Of a stretch of 64,000 bases of DNA, positions 12,163 through 21,740 are shown in pieces. Source of the DNA: Gallionellaceae bacterium. GTDB lineage: Bacteria; Pseudomonadota; Gammaproteobacteria; Burkholderiales; Gallionellaceae. The notes beneath the pieces are model-generated. The model searched no databases. It was given only the letters and a program-made list of their open reading frames with translations, and was not told the DNA's origin. The translations under genes and the position numbers were made by a program. The stretch is taken from positions 13,817-77,816 of the forward strand of contig JAVHQT010000027.1 in NCBI GenBank assembly GCA_036171275.1, given 5' to 3'. Every line of letters begins with the position of its first letter. Position 1 is the stretch's first letter.

Positions 12163-13224
12163 ATGCGTAAGATTATATCGCTGATTTGTCTTTTAATACC
12201 CATCGTTGCAGCGGCCGACTCGCTGGAAATTCGTGAAAACGCGCCGGATCGTCACGTGGTCGTCAAAGGCGATACCTTGTGGGATATTTCAGCTCGATTT
12301 TTTAAATCCCCGTGGAAATGGCAAGCGATTTGGGGTCTAAATAAAGACACCATCACCAATCCTCACTGGATTTATCCTGGCGATGTGATTTTGCTTGATC
12401 GCAGCACCGGCACGTTGCAAATCAATGCCGCGCAACCCACCAGCGCGCCGCCAGTCAGCCAAACCTTGAATGGGAATGTCGTCAAGCTTTCACCGCAAAT
12501 CCGTCAAATCCCCAGCGATCACACACAAATTCCTGTGATTCCCTTTAACGAAATTGCCCCGTTCTTAGCCAAAGCGCTAGTCGCTGAAACCAACGATGTT
12601 GCCAATCTACCCACCTTAGAAGGCACCTATGAACAACGTGAACTACTGGGTGTAGGTGACATCGCTTACGTGAGAAATCTTCCCACTGACAAAGGGCTTA
12701 ATTGGCAAGCCTATCGCATGGGTAAACCGCTAATCGACCCAGACACACACCAATTATTAGGCAATGAAATCATCTACTTAGGTGATGCTGTGGTCGAAAA
12801 ATTCGCGCCATTAAGCGAAATGCGAATTACCCAATCTGTGATGGAAATTGCCAAAGGCGATCACTTTAGACAAGCCAGTGAACCTGCGCCCAGCCACTTT
12901 CAACCGCACGCACCTAGCACCTCAATTACCGCAAAAATTATTTCTATTTACAGCGGCGCAACCCATGCCGGTCGCAATGCCGTGATTACCCTCAACAAAG
13001 GCAGTGACGACGGTTTAGAAAATGGCCACGTGTTAGCGCTGTATCAAAAAGGTGAAGTCATCGTCGGCGGACGTCCCTTTAAACGCACTCTCCTGGCGTT
13101 ACCCGACATGCGCTATGGTTTGGTGGTAATTTTTCGAACGTTTAAGAAAGTTTCCTACGGCCTAATCATTCAATCACAGCAATCTGCGGAATTATTTGAT
13201 TCTGCAGTCACCCCGAAAATTTAA
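12163..13224 (+). CDS. tsaP: LysM-domain exported protein, TsaP-like
   Basis: 353 aa. It has a signal peptide and the LysM motif HVVVKGDTLWDISARFF. From memory, the position between def and dprA matches the conserved context of the type IV pilus secretin-associated protein TsaP. Confidence 0.6.
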   Translation: MRKIISLICLLIPIVAAADSLEIRENAPDRHVVVKGDTLWDISARFFKSPWKWQAIWGLNKDTITNPHWIYPGDVILLDRSTGTLQINAAQPTSAPPVSQTLNGNVVKLSPQIRQIPSDHTQIPVIPFNEIAPFLAKALVAETNDVANLPTLEGTYEQRELLGVGDIAYVRNLPTDKGLNWQAYRMGKPLIDPDTHQLLGNEIIYLGDAVVEKFAPLSEMRITQSVMEIAKGDHFRQASEPAPSHFQPHAPSTSITAKIISIYSGATHAGRNAVITLNKGSDDGLENGHVLALYQKGEVIVGGRPFKRTLLALPDMRYGLVVIFRTFKKVSYGLIIQSQQSAELFDSAVTPKI

Positions 13225-13227
13225 GCA

Positions 13228-14301
13228 ATGCCGCTGGATGCTTCACTTGCCGCTTGGCTTGCACTAAGCCAAATTAGCGGTCTCGGCAATGAAACGCTGC
13301 GCAAATTACTGCAAGCGTTTGGTAGCCCAGAGGCGGTTTTTGAAGCAAAAAATAGTGAATTAAATCAAGTAGTTAGGCAGGGAATTGCCAACGCAATTAC
13401 ACAAGGAATCCATCCGGAAACCTTGCAACCCACCGCAGATTGGCTAACCGATCCGCTCAATAGCGTGCTGACTTTGGCGGACGCAGAATACCCGCAAGCG
13501 CTGTTAAATATCGCGGATCCGCCTTTTTTACTGTTTGCCAAAGGGCGTGTGGAATTGCTCAACGCCCCTGCGTTTGCAATCGTGGGTAGTCGCAACGCCA
13601 CGCCGCAAGGCTTGCGCAATGCCGAAGCGTTTGCGCAAGCCATCAGCGATGCGGGTTTGTGCATTGTCAGCGGCATGGCACAAGGCATTGATGCGGCAGC
13701 ACATATCGGCGCTTTACGTGGCACAGGCTCAAGCATTGGCGTGGTCGGCACAGGGTTAGATAAAGTTTATCCGGCGGCAAACCGCCAGTTAGCGCATCAA
13801 CTGGCGCAGCACGGCTGCTTGGTGTCTGAATTTTCGTTGGGCACCCCGCCGATCGCCGGCAATTTTCCGCGCCGCAATCGGATTATCAGTGGGCTGGGTT
13901 TAGGCTGTTTAGTGGTTGAAGCGTCGTTGCAAAGCGGTTCGCTCATCAGCGCGCGCATGGCGTTAGAACAGGGACGCGACGTGTTTGCCATTCCCGGTTC
14001 GATCCACGCACCGCAAGCCAAAGGTTGTCATGCGTTAATTAAGCAAGGCGCAAAGTTGGTCGAAAGCGCGCAGGACATTTTGGAAGAATTAGGCACTTAT
14101 TCAGCGCCTTTAGCCGCCGCCACCCCAGCAAGCGATGAACCGGAAATTTTTGCGCATTTAAGCGATCAACCAATCGACATTGATACCTTAGCGCAACGCT
14201 CTGGCTTGACGATTGCCGCCCTATCCGCCATTCTGTTACGCCTTGAATTGGAAGGGCGAATTGCAACCATGCCAGGTGGTCTATTGCAACGTATTGATTA
14301 A
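13228..14301 (+). CDS. dprA: DNA-processing protein DprA
   Basis: 357 aa. The core motifs are IVGSRNATPQG, SGMAQGIDAAAH and FPRRNRIISGL. The C-terminus is winged-helix-like. Confidence 0.9.
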   Translation: MPLDASLAAWLALSQISGLGNETLRKLLQAFGSPEAVFEAKNSELNQVVRQGIANAITQGIHPETLQPTADWLTDPLNSVLTLADAEYPQALLNIADPPFLLFAKGRVELLNAPAFAIVGSRNATPQGLRNAEAFAQAISDAGLCIVSGMAQGIDAAAHIGALRGTGSSIGVVGTGLDKVYPAANRQLAHQLAQHGCLVSEFSLGTPPIAGNFPRRNRIISGLGLGCLVVEASLQSGSLISARMALEQGRDVFAIPGSIHAPQAKGCHALIKQGAKLVESAQDILEELGTYSAPLAAATPASDEPEIFAHLSDQPIDIDTLAQRSGLTIAALSAILLRLELEGRIATMPGGLLQRID

Positions 14302-14355
14302 ATTGAATAATTATTAGAACTTTCCTTTCTTACTTTTCGGACTTAATAGTTTCGT

Positions 14356-16935
14356 ATGGCAAAAAATTTACTGATAGTCGAATCACCAGCCAAAGCCAAA
14401 ACGCTTAAAAAATATCTAGGCAAAGATTTTGAAGTGCTGGCGTCTTACGGTCACGTCCGGGATTTAGTGCCCAAAAACGGCGCGGTGGACACCGAAAACG
14501 GCTATACGATGAATTATGAAATCATCGCCCGCAACAGCAAACACGTCGATGCCATCGCCAAAGCGGCCGCCGACGCCGACAAAATCTTACTCGCACCCGA
14601 TCCGGATAGAGAAGGAGAAGCGATTGCTTGGCATATTTCCGAGCTGTTAAAAAGCAAACGTGCGCTCAAAGGCAAGATGATGCAACGTGTTGTTTTTTAT
14701 GAAATTACTGAATCAGCCGTCAAGGCGGCAGTGGCTAATCCGCGTGAAATCGCCATGCCTTTAGTCAATGCGCAACAAGCACGCCGCGCGCTGGATTATC
14801 TGGTTGGATTCAATTTATCACCTTTGTTGTGGCGCAAAATTCGTCCCGGTTTATCGGCAGGTCGGGTGCAAAGTCCGGCGTTGCGTTTGATTGTAGAACG
14901 CGAACTGGAGATCGAAAAATTTATCAGCCAAGAATATTGGTCTGTGCATCTGGATAGTCAGAAAAATGGCGTTCCGTTCAAAGCTAAATTATTCCAGTTT
15001 CAAGGCAAGCGCTTGGAGCAATTAAGTATTGCTAGCCAAGCTGAATACGATGCAATTTACGCCAAATTAAACGATGCTAAATTGCCGCCTAAAGTGGTGC
15101 GAGTGGAGAAAAAAGGCAAGCAACGCAGCCCCGCCGCGCCTTTCACCACCTCTACTTTGCAACAAGAAGCGGTGCGAAAATTGGGCATGACTTCAGACCG
15201 CACCATGCGCACCGCGCAAGCCTTGTATGAAGGCGTGGATATTGGCGGACAAACCGTCGGTTTAATTTCCTATATGCGTACCGATTCGGTGTCGCTAGCG
15301 AATGAAGCGGTGGCAGAAATTCGTGGCTATATCAGCGCCAATTTCTCCGCCGATTATCTACCGAGCAAACAACCGGCTTACAAAAGCAAAACTAAAAATG
15401 CGCAGGAATCACATGAAGCGATTCGCCCAACGTCGATTTTGCGCACGCCAGAGAGTGTGCGTGATGCGCTGAATATTGATCAATTACGGCTGTATGAAAT
15501 GATTTGGAAACGCACGCTGGCGTCGCAAATGGCGCCGGCGCGTTTTGATACCGTCAGCGTGGATATTCGTTTGAGCAGCGACGACACCGTGTTCCGCGCC
15601 TCCGGTCAAACCTTGGTTTTCCCCGGTTTTATCGGCGTGTATCGGGAAGACCTGGACGACGTGGAAGAAGAAGACAGTGCCAAGTTGCCACCGCTGAGCG
15701 AAGGCGATGTGTTGCCGCTGGATAAATTATATGGCGAACAACACTTTACCCAACCGCCGCCGCGCTTTTCCGAAGCGAGCTTAGTTAAATCTTTGGAGGA
15801 ATATGGCATTGGACGTCCTTCCACTTACGCCACCATTATTTCCACTTTGCAAGCGCGCGAATACGCCACCTTGGACAAAAAGCGTTTTATGCCCACCGAT
15901 GTGGGGCGCGTGGTGATTAAATTTCTCACCGAACATTTCACCCGTTATGTCGATTATGGTTTTACCGCTAATTTGGAAGATGAGTTAGACGAAGTGTCGG
16001 ATGGCAAGCGTGATTGGATTCCGGTGCTCGATAGTTTTTGGCGAGGATTTAGCACACTGATTGCCGAAAAAACCGTGGTCGAACGTCCTGTAGAATTAAC
16101 CGGTGAAAATTGTCCAGATTGCGGCAAGCCGTTGGCGAAAAAGCTCAGTCGTTACGGCAGTTTTATTAGCTGTACCAATTATCCAGAATGTAAATACAAG
16201 CGCAGTTTGAGCGGTGAAAGCACTGATGATGCCGGCGCACGAATTGAGCTTGGGAAATTTCCTGAAACGAATCAAAGCGTTAGCCTGATGCGTGGACCTT
16301 ATGGACATTATGTGCAACTCGGCGAACAAGAAGAAGGTTCGAAAATTAAACCTAAGCGCGTTTCTTGGCCGAAGGAGTTACCGCTGGAACAGGCGGATTT
16401 GCCCGCCGCATTAAAATTATTATCGCTACCGCGCGAACTCGGTTTACATCCTGAGGGCGGCAAAAAAATTATCGTCAATATTGGACGTTTCGGTCCATAT
16501 ATCGGACATGACGGCAAATTCAAATCCATTCCACGTGGCGATAGCATTTTTGAAATCGGTTTGGAGCGAGCGCTAGAATTGTTGGCACAAGCCAAAGCGG
16601 GCAACGCGGTATTACGTACTTTAGGTGAACATCCAACTGACCAAGCGCCAGTTGAAATCTGTAGCGGGCGCTACGGCGCGTATGCACGGCACGGCAAAAT
16701 CAACGCAACGTTACCCAAAGAAATCGCCGTCGATGACATTACGCTGGAACAAGCGCTGGCGCTGATTGCAGCCAAAATCGCTAAAGACGGCGATAACCCA
16801 ACGAAAAAGCCAGCGGCAAGAAAAGCGGCCAAGCCTAAAGCGGCAGTCAAAAAAACCACCGTAAAATCTGCCACAACGAAGACAGCAAAAAAAACAGCGG
16901 CAGCAAAAACGAAAAAAGCAAGTGCTAAAATATGA
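14356..16935 (+). CDS. topA: DNA topoisomerase I
   Basis: 859 aa. It has the Toprim start LLIVESPAKAKTLKKYLG, the catalytic region ISYMRTDS, the zinc ribbon CPDCGKPL...CTNYPEC and a 49-aa K/A-rich tail. Confidence 0.95.
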   Translation: MAKNLLIVESPAKAKTLKKYLGKDFEVLASYGHVRDLVPKNGAVDTENGYTMNYEIIARNSKHVDAIAKAAADADKILLAPDPDREGEAIAWHISELLKSKRALKGKMMQRVVFYEITESAVKAAVANPREIAMPLVNAQQARRALDYLVGFNLSPLLWRKIRPGLSAGRVQSPALRLIVERELEIEKFISQEYWSVHLDSQKNGVPFKAKLFQFQGKRLEQLSIASQAEYDAIYAKLNDAKLPPKVVRVEKKGKQRSPAAPFTTSTLQQEAVRKLGMTSDRTMRTAQALYEGVDIGGQTVGLISYMRTDSVSLANEAVAEIRGYISANFSADYLPSKQPAYKSKTKNAQESHEAIRPTSILRTPESVRDALNIDQLRLYEMIWKRTLASQMAPARFDTVSVDIRLSSDDTVFRASGQTLVFPGFIGVYREDLDDVEEEDSAKLPPLSEGDVLPLDKLYGEQHFTQPPPRFSEASLVKSLEEYGIGRPSTYATIISTLQAREYATLDKKRFMPTDVGRVVIKFLTEHFTRYVDYGFTANLEDELDEVSDGKRDWIPVLDSFWRGFSTLIAEKTVVERPVELTGENCPDCGKPLAKKLSRYGSFISCTNYPECKYKRSLSGESTDDAGARIELGKFPETNQSVSLMRGPYGHYVQLGEQEEGSKIKPKRVSWPKELPLEQADLPAALKLLSLPRELGLHPEGGKKIIVNIGRFGPYIGHDGKFKSIPRGDSIFEIGLERALELLAQAKAGNAVLRTLGEHPTDQAPVEICSGRYGAYARHGKINATLPKEIAVDDITLEQALALIAAKIAKDGDNPTKKPAARKAAKPKAAVKKTTVKSATTKTAKKTAAAKTKKASAKI

Positions 16936-17057
16936 GCATTAACCACGCAATGACTGAGAAAAAGTAGCCAAGCAAATAATCACTCATATCCAGCTTGAAT
17001 ATCGTTAAGGAAGCGCCGCTTAAATCAACCATTCGGTTTGATCCTTGCCGAAGTGTG

Positions 17058-17090
17058 ATTCTAACTATATGATTTATTTGATATTTATTC
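17058..17090 (-). repeat. AT-rich intergenic repeat with IHF-like core (copy B)
   Basis: The minus strand reads GAATAAATATCAAATAAATCATATAGTTAGAAT. The first 29 nt align with the copy at 45643-45675 with 3 mismatches. It lies about 70 nt upstream of gmd. Confidence 0.6.
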
Positions 17091-17159
17091 TGTAACGGCT
17101 CGACAATCTCAGCACGAATGGCATCAATCAGTTCCACGATACTTTAAGAGAAATAAACC

Positions 17160-18281
17160 ATGACCAAAGTCGCACTCATCACCGGTATCACCGGCCAAGA
17201 CGGTTCTTATCTGGCGGAGTTCCTCCTCGAGAAAGGCTACGAAGTTCACGGCATCAAGCGCCGTGCCTCCTCATTTAACACCCAGCGCGTGGATCATATT
17301 TATGAAGATCCACATATCGCCAACGCACGCTTTAAACTGCATTATGGCGATTTGAGCGACAGTTCATGCCTCACCCGCATTTTGCAAGAAGTGCAGCCCG
17401 ACGAAGTGTATAACTTGGGCGCTCAGTCGCATGTGGCGGTGAGTTTTGAGTCTCCTGAATATACTGGCGAAGTGGATGGAATGGGTACTTTGCGCATTTT
17501 AGAAGCGATTCGCTTGTTGGGATTAGGCAAAAAAACGCGCTTTTATCAGGCTTCCACTTCCGAGCTTTATGGCTTAGTCCAGGAAATACCTCAAAAGGAA
17601 ACCACTCCGTTTTATCCACGTAGCCCATATGCAGTGGCGAAACTTTATGCGTATTGGATAACCGTGAACTATCGCGAAGCCTATGGCATGTATGCCTGCA
17701 ACGGTATTTTGTTTAATCACGAATCGCCGCGCCGGGGCGAAACTTTTGTCACCCGCAAAATTACCCGTGGTTTGGCTAACATTGCCCAAGGTCTGGAAGA
17801 TTGTTTGTTCATGGGCAACATTGATTCATTACGCGACTGGGGGCATGCCAAGGATTATGTGCGGATGCAGTGGATGATGTTGCAGCAAGATAAGCCAGAA
17901 GATTTTGTCATTGCAACGGGTGTGCAATACACGGTGCGTCAGTTTATTACTTGGTCGGCGGCGGAGTTGGGCATTACCGTTAAGTTCGAAGGTCAGGGTG
18001 TTAATGAAATTTGCACCGTGGCGGCGCTTGAAGGCGACAATGCGCCTGCGTTAAAAGTGGGCGATGTAATTATGCGCGTTGACCCGCGCTACTTCCGTCC
18101 TGCTGAAGTGGAAACGCTGTTGGGCGACCCGACTAAGGCGAAAGAAAAATTAGGCTGGGTGCCGGAAATTACCGTGCAAGCAATGTGTGCCGAAATGGTG
18201 GCGCATGATTTGGAAGAGGCTAAACGCCACGCGCTGTTAAAGTCGCATGGCTATACAGTGGCAGTGAGCACTGAGCGATAA
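17160..18281 (+). CDS. gmd: GDP-mannose 4,6-dehydratase
   Basis: 373 aa, with [27 protein letters not shown] and NHESPRRG. Confidence 0.95.
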   Translation: MTKVALITGITGQDGSYLAEFLLEKGYEVHGIKRRASSFNTQRVDHIYEDPHIANARFKLHYGDLSDSSCLTRILQEVQPDEVYNLGAQSHVAVSFESPEYTGEVDGMGTLRILEAIRLLGLGKKTRFYQASTSELYGLVQEIPQKETTPFYPRSPYAVAKLYAYWITVNYREAYGMYACNGILFNHESPRRGETFVTRKITRGLANIAQGLEDCLFMGNIDSLRDWGHAKDYVRMQWMMLQQDKPEDFVIATGVQYTVRQFITWSAAELGITVKFEGQGVNEICTVAALEGDNAPALKVGDVIMRVDPRYFRPAEVETLLGDPTKAKEKLGWVPEITVQAMCAEMVAHDLEEAKRHALLKSHGYTVAVSTER

Positions 18282-18330
18282 TTGCCGACCTTATACCCAG
18301 CAGGTGCGAAATAGTGAGCGCAATCTATTT

Positions 18331-18363
18331 TACATAACTACATGATTAAATTAAACTTTTTTC
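18331..18363 (-). repeat. AT-rich intergenic repeat with IHF-like core (copy C)
   Basis: The minus strand reads GAAAAAAGTTTAATTTAATCATGTAGTTATGTA. It ends 14 nt before the fcl ATG. Confidence 0.55.
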
Positions 18364-18376
18364 TACATCCTGAAAA

Positions 18377-19333
18377 ATGAATAAAAACACAAAAATCTAT
18401 ATTGCAGGACATCGCGGCTTAGTTGGTTCTGCGCTGGTGCGCCGTTTGCAAGCCAAAGGCTACAATCACTTAATTTTGCGTACCCACGCCGAGTTAGATT
18501 TGCGCAATCAAGCCGCAGTGCAAACTTTCTTTACGTCCGAAAAACCTGAATACATCATTTTGGCAGCCGCTAAAGTCGGTGGAATTTATGCAAACAATAC
18601 GTATCCAGCGGAGTTTATTGAAGATAACCTCGTTATTCAGAACAACGTCATCCACAGCGCTTACCAAAACAAAGTAAAACGCCTGCTGTTCTTGGGTTCA
18701 TCTTGCATCTATCCAAAAGACTGTCCGCAACCGATCAAAGAAGAATATCTGCTCACTGGCTCACTAGAACCCACCAACCGTCCCTATGCCCTAGCCAAAA
18801 TCGCGGGTATTGAAATGTGCCATGCGTACAACCGCCAATACGGCACTCAATACCTAGCAGCCATGCCCACCAATCTGTATGGCCCCGGCGACAACTACGA
18901 CCTGAATAACTCACATGTGCTGCCGGCGCTGATACGCAAGATGCACGAGGCAAAACAAAGTGGCGCGAAAGAGGTGGTGGTTTGGGGCAGCGGCACACCA
19001 AAGCGCGAGTTTTTATACAGCGACGACATGGCTGATGCCTGTATCTATTTGCTGGAACAGCCCGAAGAAAAGTTGCAAAGCCTGTTTAATGAAGAAACGC
19101 CGCCCTTAGTAAACATTGGTTGCGGCGAAGACCTGACGATACACGAACTGGCGGAGTTGGTGCGGGACGTGGTGGGATTTGCGGGTGAACTGACCTTCGA
19201 CACATCCAAACCGGATGGAACGATGCGCAAACTGATGGATGTGTCACGCATCAATGGTCTGGGCTGGCAACGCACGATGCAACTGAAGCAAGGCATCGCG
19301 CTGTCTTATCAGGATATGATGAGCAAAATATGA
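18377..19333 (+). CDS. fcl: GDP-L-fucose synthase
   Basis: 318 aa, with IYIAGHRGLVGSAL, LGSSCIYP and YALAKIAG. It follows gmd directly. Confidence 0.93.
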   Translation: MNKNTKIYIAGHRGLVGSALVRRLQAKGYNHLILRTHAELDLRNQAAVQTFFTSEKPEYIILAAAKVGGIYANNTYPAEFIEDNLVIQNNVIHSAYQNKVKRLLFLGSSCIYPKDCPQPIKEEYLLTGSLEPTNRPYALAKIAGIEMCHAYNRQYGTQYLAAMPTNLYGPGDNYDLNNSHVLPALIRKMHEAKQSGAKEVVVWGSGTPKREFLYSDDMADACIYLLEQPEEKLQSLFNEETPPLVNIGCGEDLTIHELAELVRDVVGFAGELTFDTSKPDGTMRKLMDVSRINGLGWQRTMQLKQGIALSYQDMMSKI

Positions 19334-19552
19334 GTGGCTTAGGAATCAAACTTTTGGTTTTAGTTATGCTGCTCTGAAAGACGCTATCGCCGGAATCGAC
19401 TGCGTCTGCATCGCCACTGGCGAACTCCCTGCTTTTCAAAGAGAGCGTTGGAATGAGGTCGACGCGAGATGTACGCGAATAATCCCCTTCAAAGGAAGCA
19501 CTCGCACGGCATGAACGGACTCACCTAAACTATCGGCTATTAAAATTCAGCT

Positions 19553-19572
19553 TGGATTAAAAATTTAATCCA
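19553..19572. promoter_or_regulatory. Perfect palindrome TGGATTAAA-AA-TTTAATCCA upstream of the low-GC glycan genes
   Basis: Two 9-nt arms are exact reverse complements separated by 2 nt. The palindrome ends 24 nt before the methyltransferase ATG and sits at the composition boundary. Confidence 0.4.
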
Positions 19573-19596
19573 CAAAAAATATTTATTGGAGCAGTG

Positions 19597-20130
19597 ATGA
19601 AATTACATTTGGGTTGCGGCAAACGACACATTCCCGGTTATGTGCACATAGACGCGGTTGATTATCCGCATGTTGACCATGTGGCAACAATTGATAACTT
19701 GTCTTTTATTCCCGATGGCAGCGTAGAGGTGATCTACAACTGTCATGTGTTGGAGCACTTTAAGCGCAAGGAAGTTGAGCGTGTCCTCACAGAATGGAAT
19801 CGGGTATTACAGCCTGGCGGTGTGTTGCGTATTTCTGTTCCTGACTTTGCCAAGTTGTGCGACGTGTATCAGCACCACGGTAAGCTGGATATGGTGGTGG
19901 GTGCGCTGTTTGGTCGAGGCGATTATCTCTACAACATTCATTACAATGTTTTTGATTTCGATTCTTTAAAAGAAGTGCTGGGAAAGACGGGCTTTACCAA
20001 TGTGCATCGCTATGATTGGCGGGAAACTGAACATGCTGCTATAGATGATTACTCCCAGGCCTACATTCCGCACATGGACAAGGAAAATGGGACGCTGATT
20101 AGTTTGAATGTTGAGTGCAGCAAAGCCTAA
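19597..20130 (+). CDS. Class I SAM-dependent methyltransferase (probable sugar O-methyltransferase)
   Basis: It has the LHLGCG start, VLEHF and LQPGGVLRISVPDF. GGAG lies 5 nt upstream of the ATG at 19597; the ORF track starts at the GTG at 19594. Confidence 0.8.
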   Translation: MKLHLGCGKRHIPGYVHIDAVDYPHVDHVATIDNLSFIPDGSVEVIYNCHVLEHFKRKEVERVLTEWNRVLQPGGVLRISVPDFAKLCDVYQHHGKLDMVVGALFGRGDYLYNIHYNVFDFDSLKEVLGKTGFTNVHRYDWRETEHAAIDDYSQAYIPHMDKENGTLISLNVECSKA

Positions 20131-20133
20131 GTA

Positions 20134-20724
20134 ATGCTTGGAAAGCTGAAAAAAATTATTGAGTTTTCTTTGCAGCTTCTGCAAAGAAAAAATCATATAG
20201 CTTCACTCGCCGTATCGCCACAATCACTAGTTGGCCATCATATTGTAGTTGGTCGCTCAACTCAGATTGATGGAAAGTCATCAATCGGAAGCTATACCTA
20301 TATTGGGGATCGGTGCTCAGTAACGCGTGCCTGTATTGGCCGTTACGTCTCAATTGGAAATAATGTTTCAATCGGCCCTGGGGAGCATGGCTTGGCAAAT
20401 GTGTCTACGTCCTCTCATTTCTATGAAAATATTTACGATGAGCTCACAAAAGGTGACTGCATTATTGAAAGTGATGTATGGATTGGTGTCGATGCAATAG
20501 TTTTGAGGGGCGTTAGAGTTGGTGTGGGTGCAGCAATTGCTGCCAATGCTGTTGTGACTAAAGATGTGCCAGATTATGCGGTTGTGGCGGGTGTTCCAGC
20601 TAGAGTTGTTAAGTATCGTTTTGATGAAGATAAGCGAAAGATGCTCTTGTCAACTAAGTGGTGGATGGAAGATAAGCATGTGGCGCAATCAATTTTTACG
20701 AAGCTAAGCGAGTTGCTTAAATGA
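20134..20724 (+). CDS. Hexapeptide-repeat acetyltransferase (CatB/Vat-like XAT family)
   Basis: It has a left-handed beta-helix repeat region (IGNNVSIGPG...VWIGVDAIVLRGVRVGVGAAIAANAVV). The C-terminal RF...WW signature resembles XAT enzymes. Confidence 0.8.
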   Translation: MLGKLKKIIEFSLQLLQRKNHIASLAVSPQSLVGHHIVVGRSTQIDGKSSIGSYTYIGDRCSVTRACIGRYVSIGNNVSIGPGEHGLANVSTSSHFYENIYDELTKGDCIIESDVWIGVDAIVLRGVRVGVGAAIAANAVVTKDVPDYAVVAGVPARVVKYRFDEDKRKMLLSTKWWMEDKHVAQSIFTKLSELLK

Positions 20725-21740
20725 AAAAGGCTTATCTGGTAGGTTCAGGGCATTTAAAAAACGCCATTTTTGATTCTGAAAATGTGAGAAATCCTGATAA
20801 TTGGTATTACCCATTTTGGAAACTAAGAAGCCAATTTGCCGAGAAATGTGTTGAATTAAATACACCCGATATGAGTACTGCGGAGGTAGTTGATTTTGAG
20901 CTACATATGGATGTCCAGAAGACCTTAAAAGACAATATACCAAAGTATGTGATGCTGTACGAATCGCCCCAAGTTAGACCTATTAATCAAAGTAAATTGC
21001 ACCTTGAAAAGTATCGTCGCGTCTTCACTTGGCGCGATGATCTGGTGGACGGACAGCGATTCATCAAACTTAACTTACCCAACAAAATTATTGTAAATCG
21101 TTCCCGTGGCTGGCATGGAAGGGAAAAGCTGTGCTGTTTAGTTTCCGCAAATAAATCAGTTCCCCGCTACACGCCACTTGAACTTTATTCAGAGCGTGTA
21201 AATACGATACGCTGGTTTGAGCAAAATGCTCCACAGGATTTTGATTTGTTTGGTGGGGGCTGGGATGCGCCTGCCGCAAAGCCGGGTTTTGCTAATCGAG
21301 TGGTAAGGAAATTAAGAAGCTATTTACCCAAAGATGCGAGCAAAGTGTTCTTTCCTTCCTATCGCGGCAAGGTGGCCAGCAAGCTTGAGACGATGCAGAA
21401 ATATCGTTTCAGCATTTGCTATGAAAATGTTCGCGATTTGCCTGGCTACATCACTGAAAAAATATGGGATAGTTTTTTTGCGGGTTGCGTCCCCGTGTAT
21501 TGGGGGGCTTCCAATATCACCGATTACATACCAGAAGACTGCTTTATTGATCGTCGAAAATTTTCAAGTCATGAAGAGTTGTACCAATTTATGACTTCGC
21601 AGTCTGAGGCTGAATACACCGCCTATCAGGAGCGAATCGCAGCGTTCTTGATCAGTACAAAAGCGCGGCCGTTTAGTGCAGAAGCCTTCGCTGAAACGAT
21701 AGTGAATACGATTGTGAAAGATCTCGGTCTTGCGGGCTGA
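20721..21740 (+). CDS. GT10-family alpha-1,3/4-fucosyltransferase
   Basis: YRFSICYENVRDLPGYITEKIWDSFFAGCVPVYWG matches the recalled GT10 signature (FENS...Y.TEK...A...G.VPV..G, as in H. pylori FutA). The start overlaps the previous stop by ATGA. Confidence 0.8.
   Translation: MKKAYLVGSGHLKNAIFDSENVRNPDNWYYPFWKLRSQFAEKCVELNTPDMSTAEVVDFELHMDVQKTLKDNIPKYVMLYESPQVRPINQSKLHLEKYRRVFTWRDDLVDGQRFIKLNLPNKIIVNRSRGWHGREKLCCLVSANKSVPRYTPLELYSERVNTIRWFEQNAPQDFDLFGGGWDAPAAKPGFANRVVRKLRSYLPKDASKVFFPSYRGKVASKLETMQKYRFSICYENVRDLPGYITEKIWDSFFAGCVPVYWGASNITDYIPEDCFIDRRKFSSHEELYQFMTSQSEAEYTAYQERIAAFLISTKARPFSAEAFAETIVNTIVKDLGLAG

Noticed and set aside
16925-17137. A 70-aa minus-strand ORF between topA and gmd
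   Set aside because: It uses a GTG start without an SD and overlaps the topA 3' end. It runs through an AT-rich repeat element, and I recognise no motif in its sequence. It is most likely non-coding.
21473-21479. Homopolymer tracts in glycan genes as phase-variation switches (T7 at 21473-21479 in the GT10 gene; T7 and A7 in wzx near 22570 and 22605; T7 in the GT11 gene near 23808)
   Set aside because: Runs of 7 A or T are expected by chance in genes of about 40% GC. They are shorter than the tracts that usually drive slipped-strand switching. No poly-G/C tract or heptad repeat like those of H. pylori fut genes is present.
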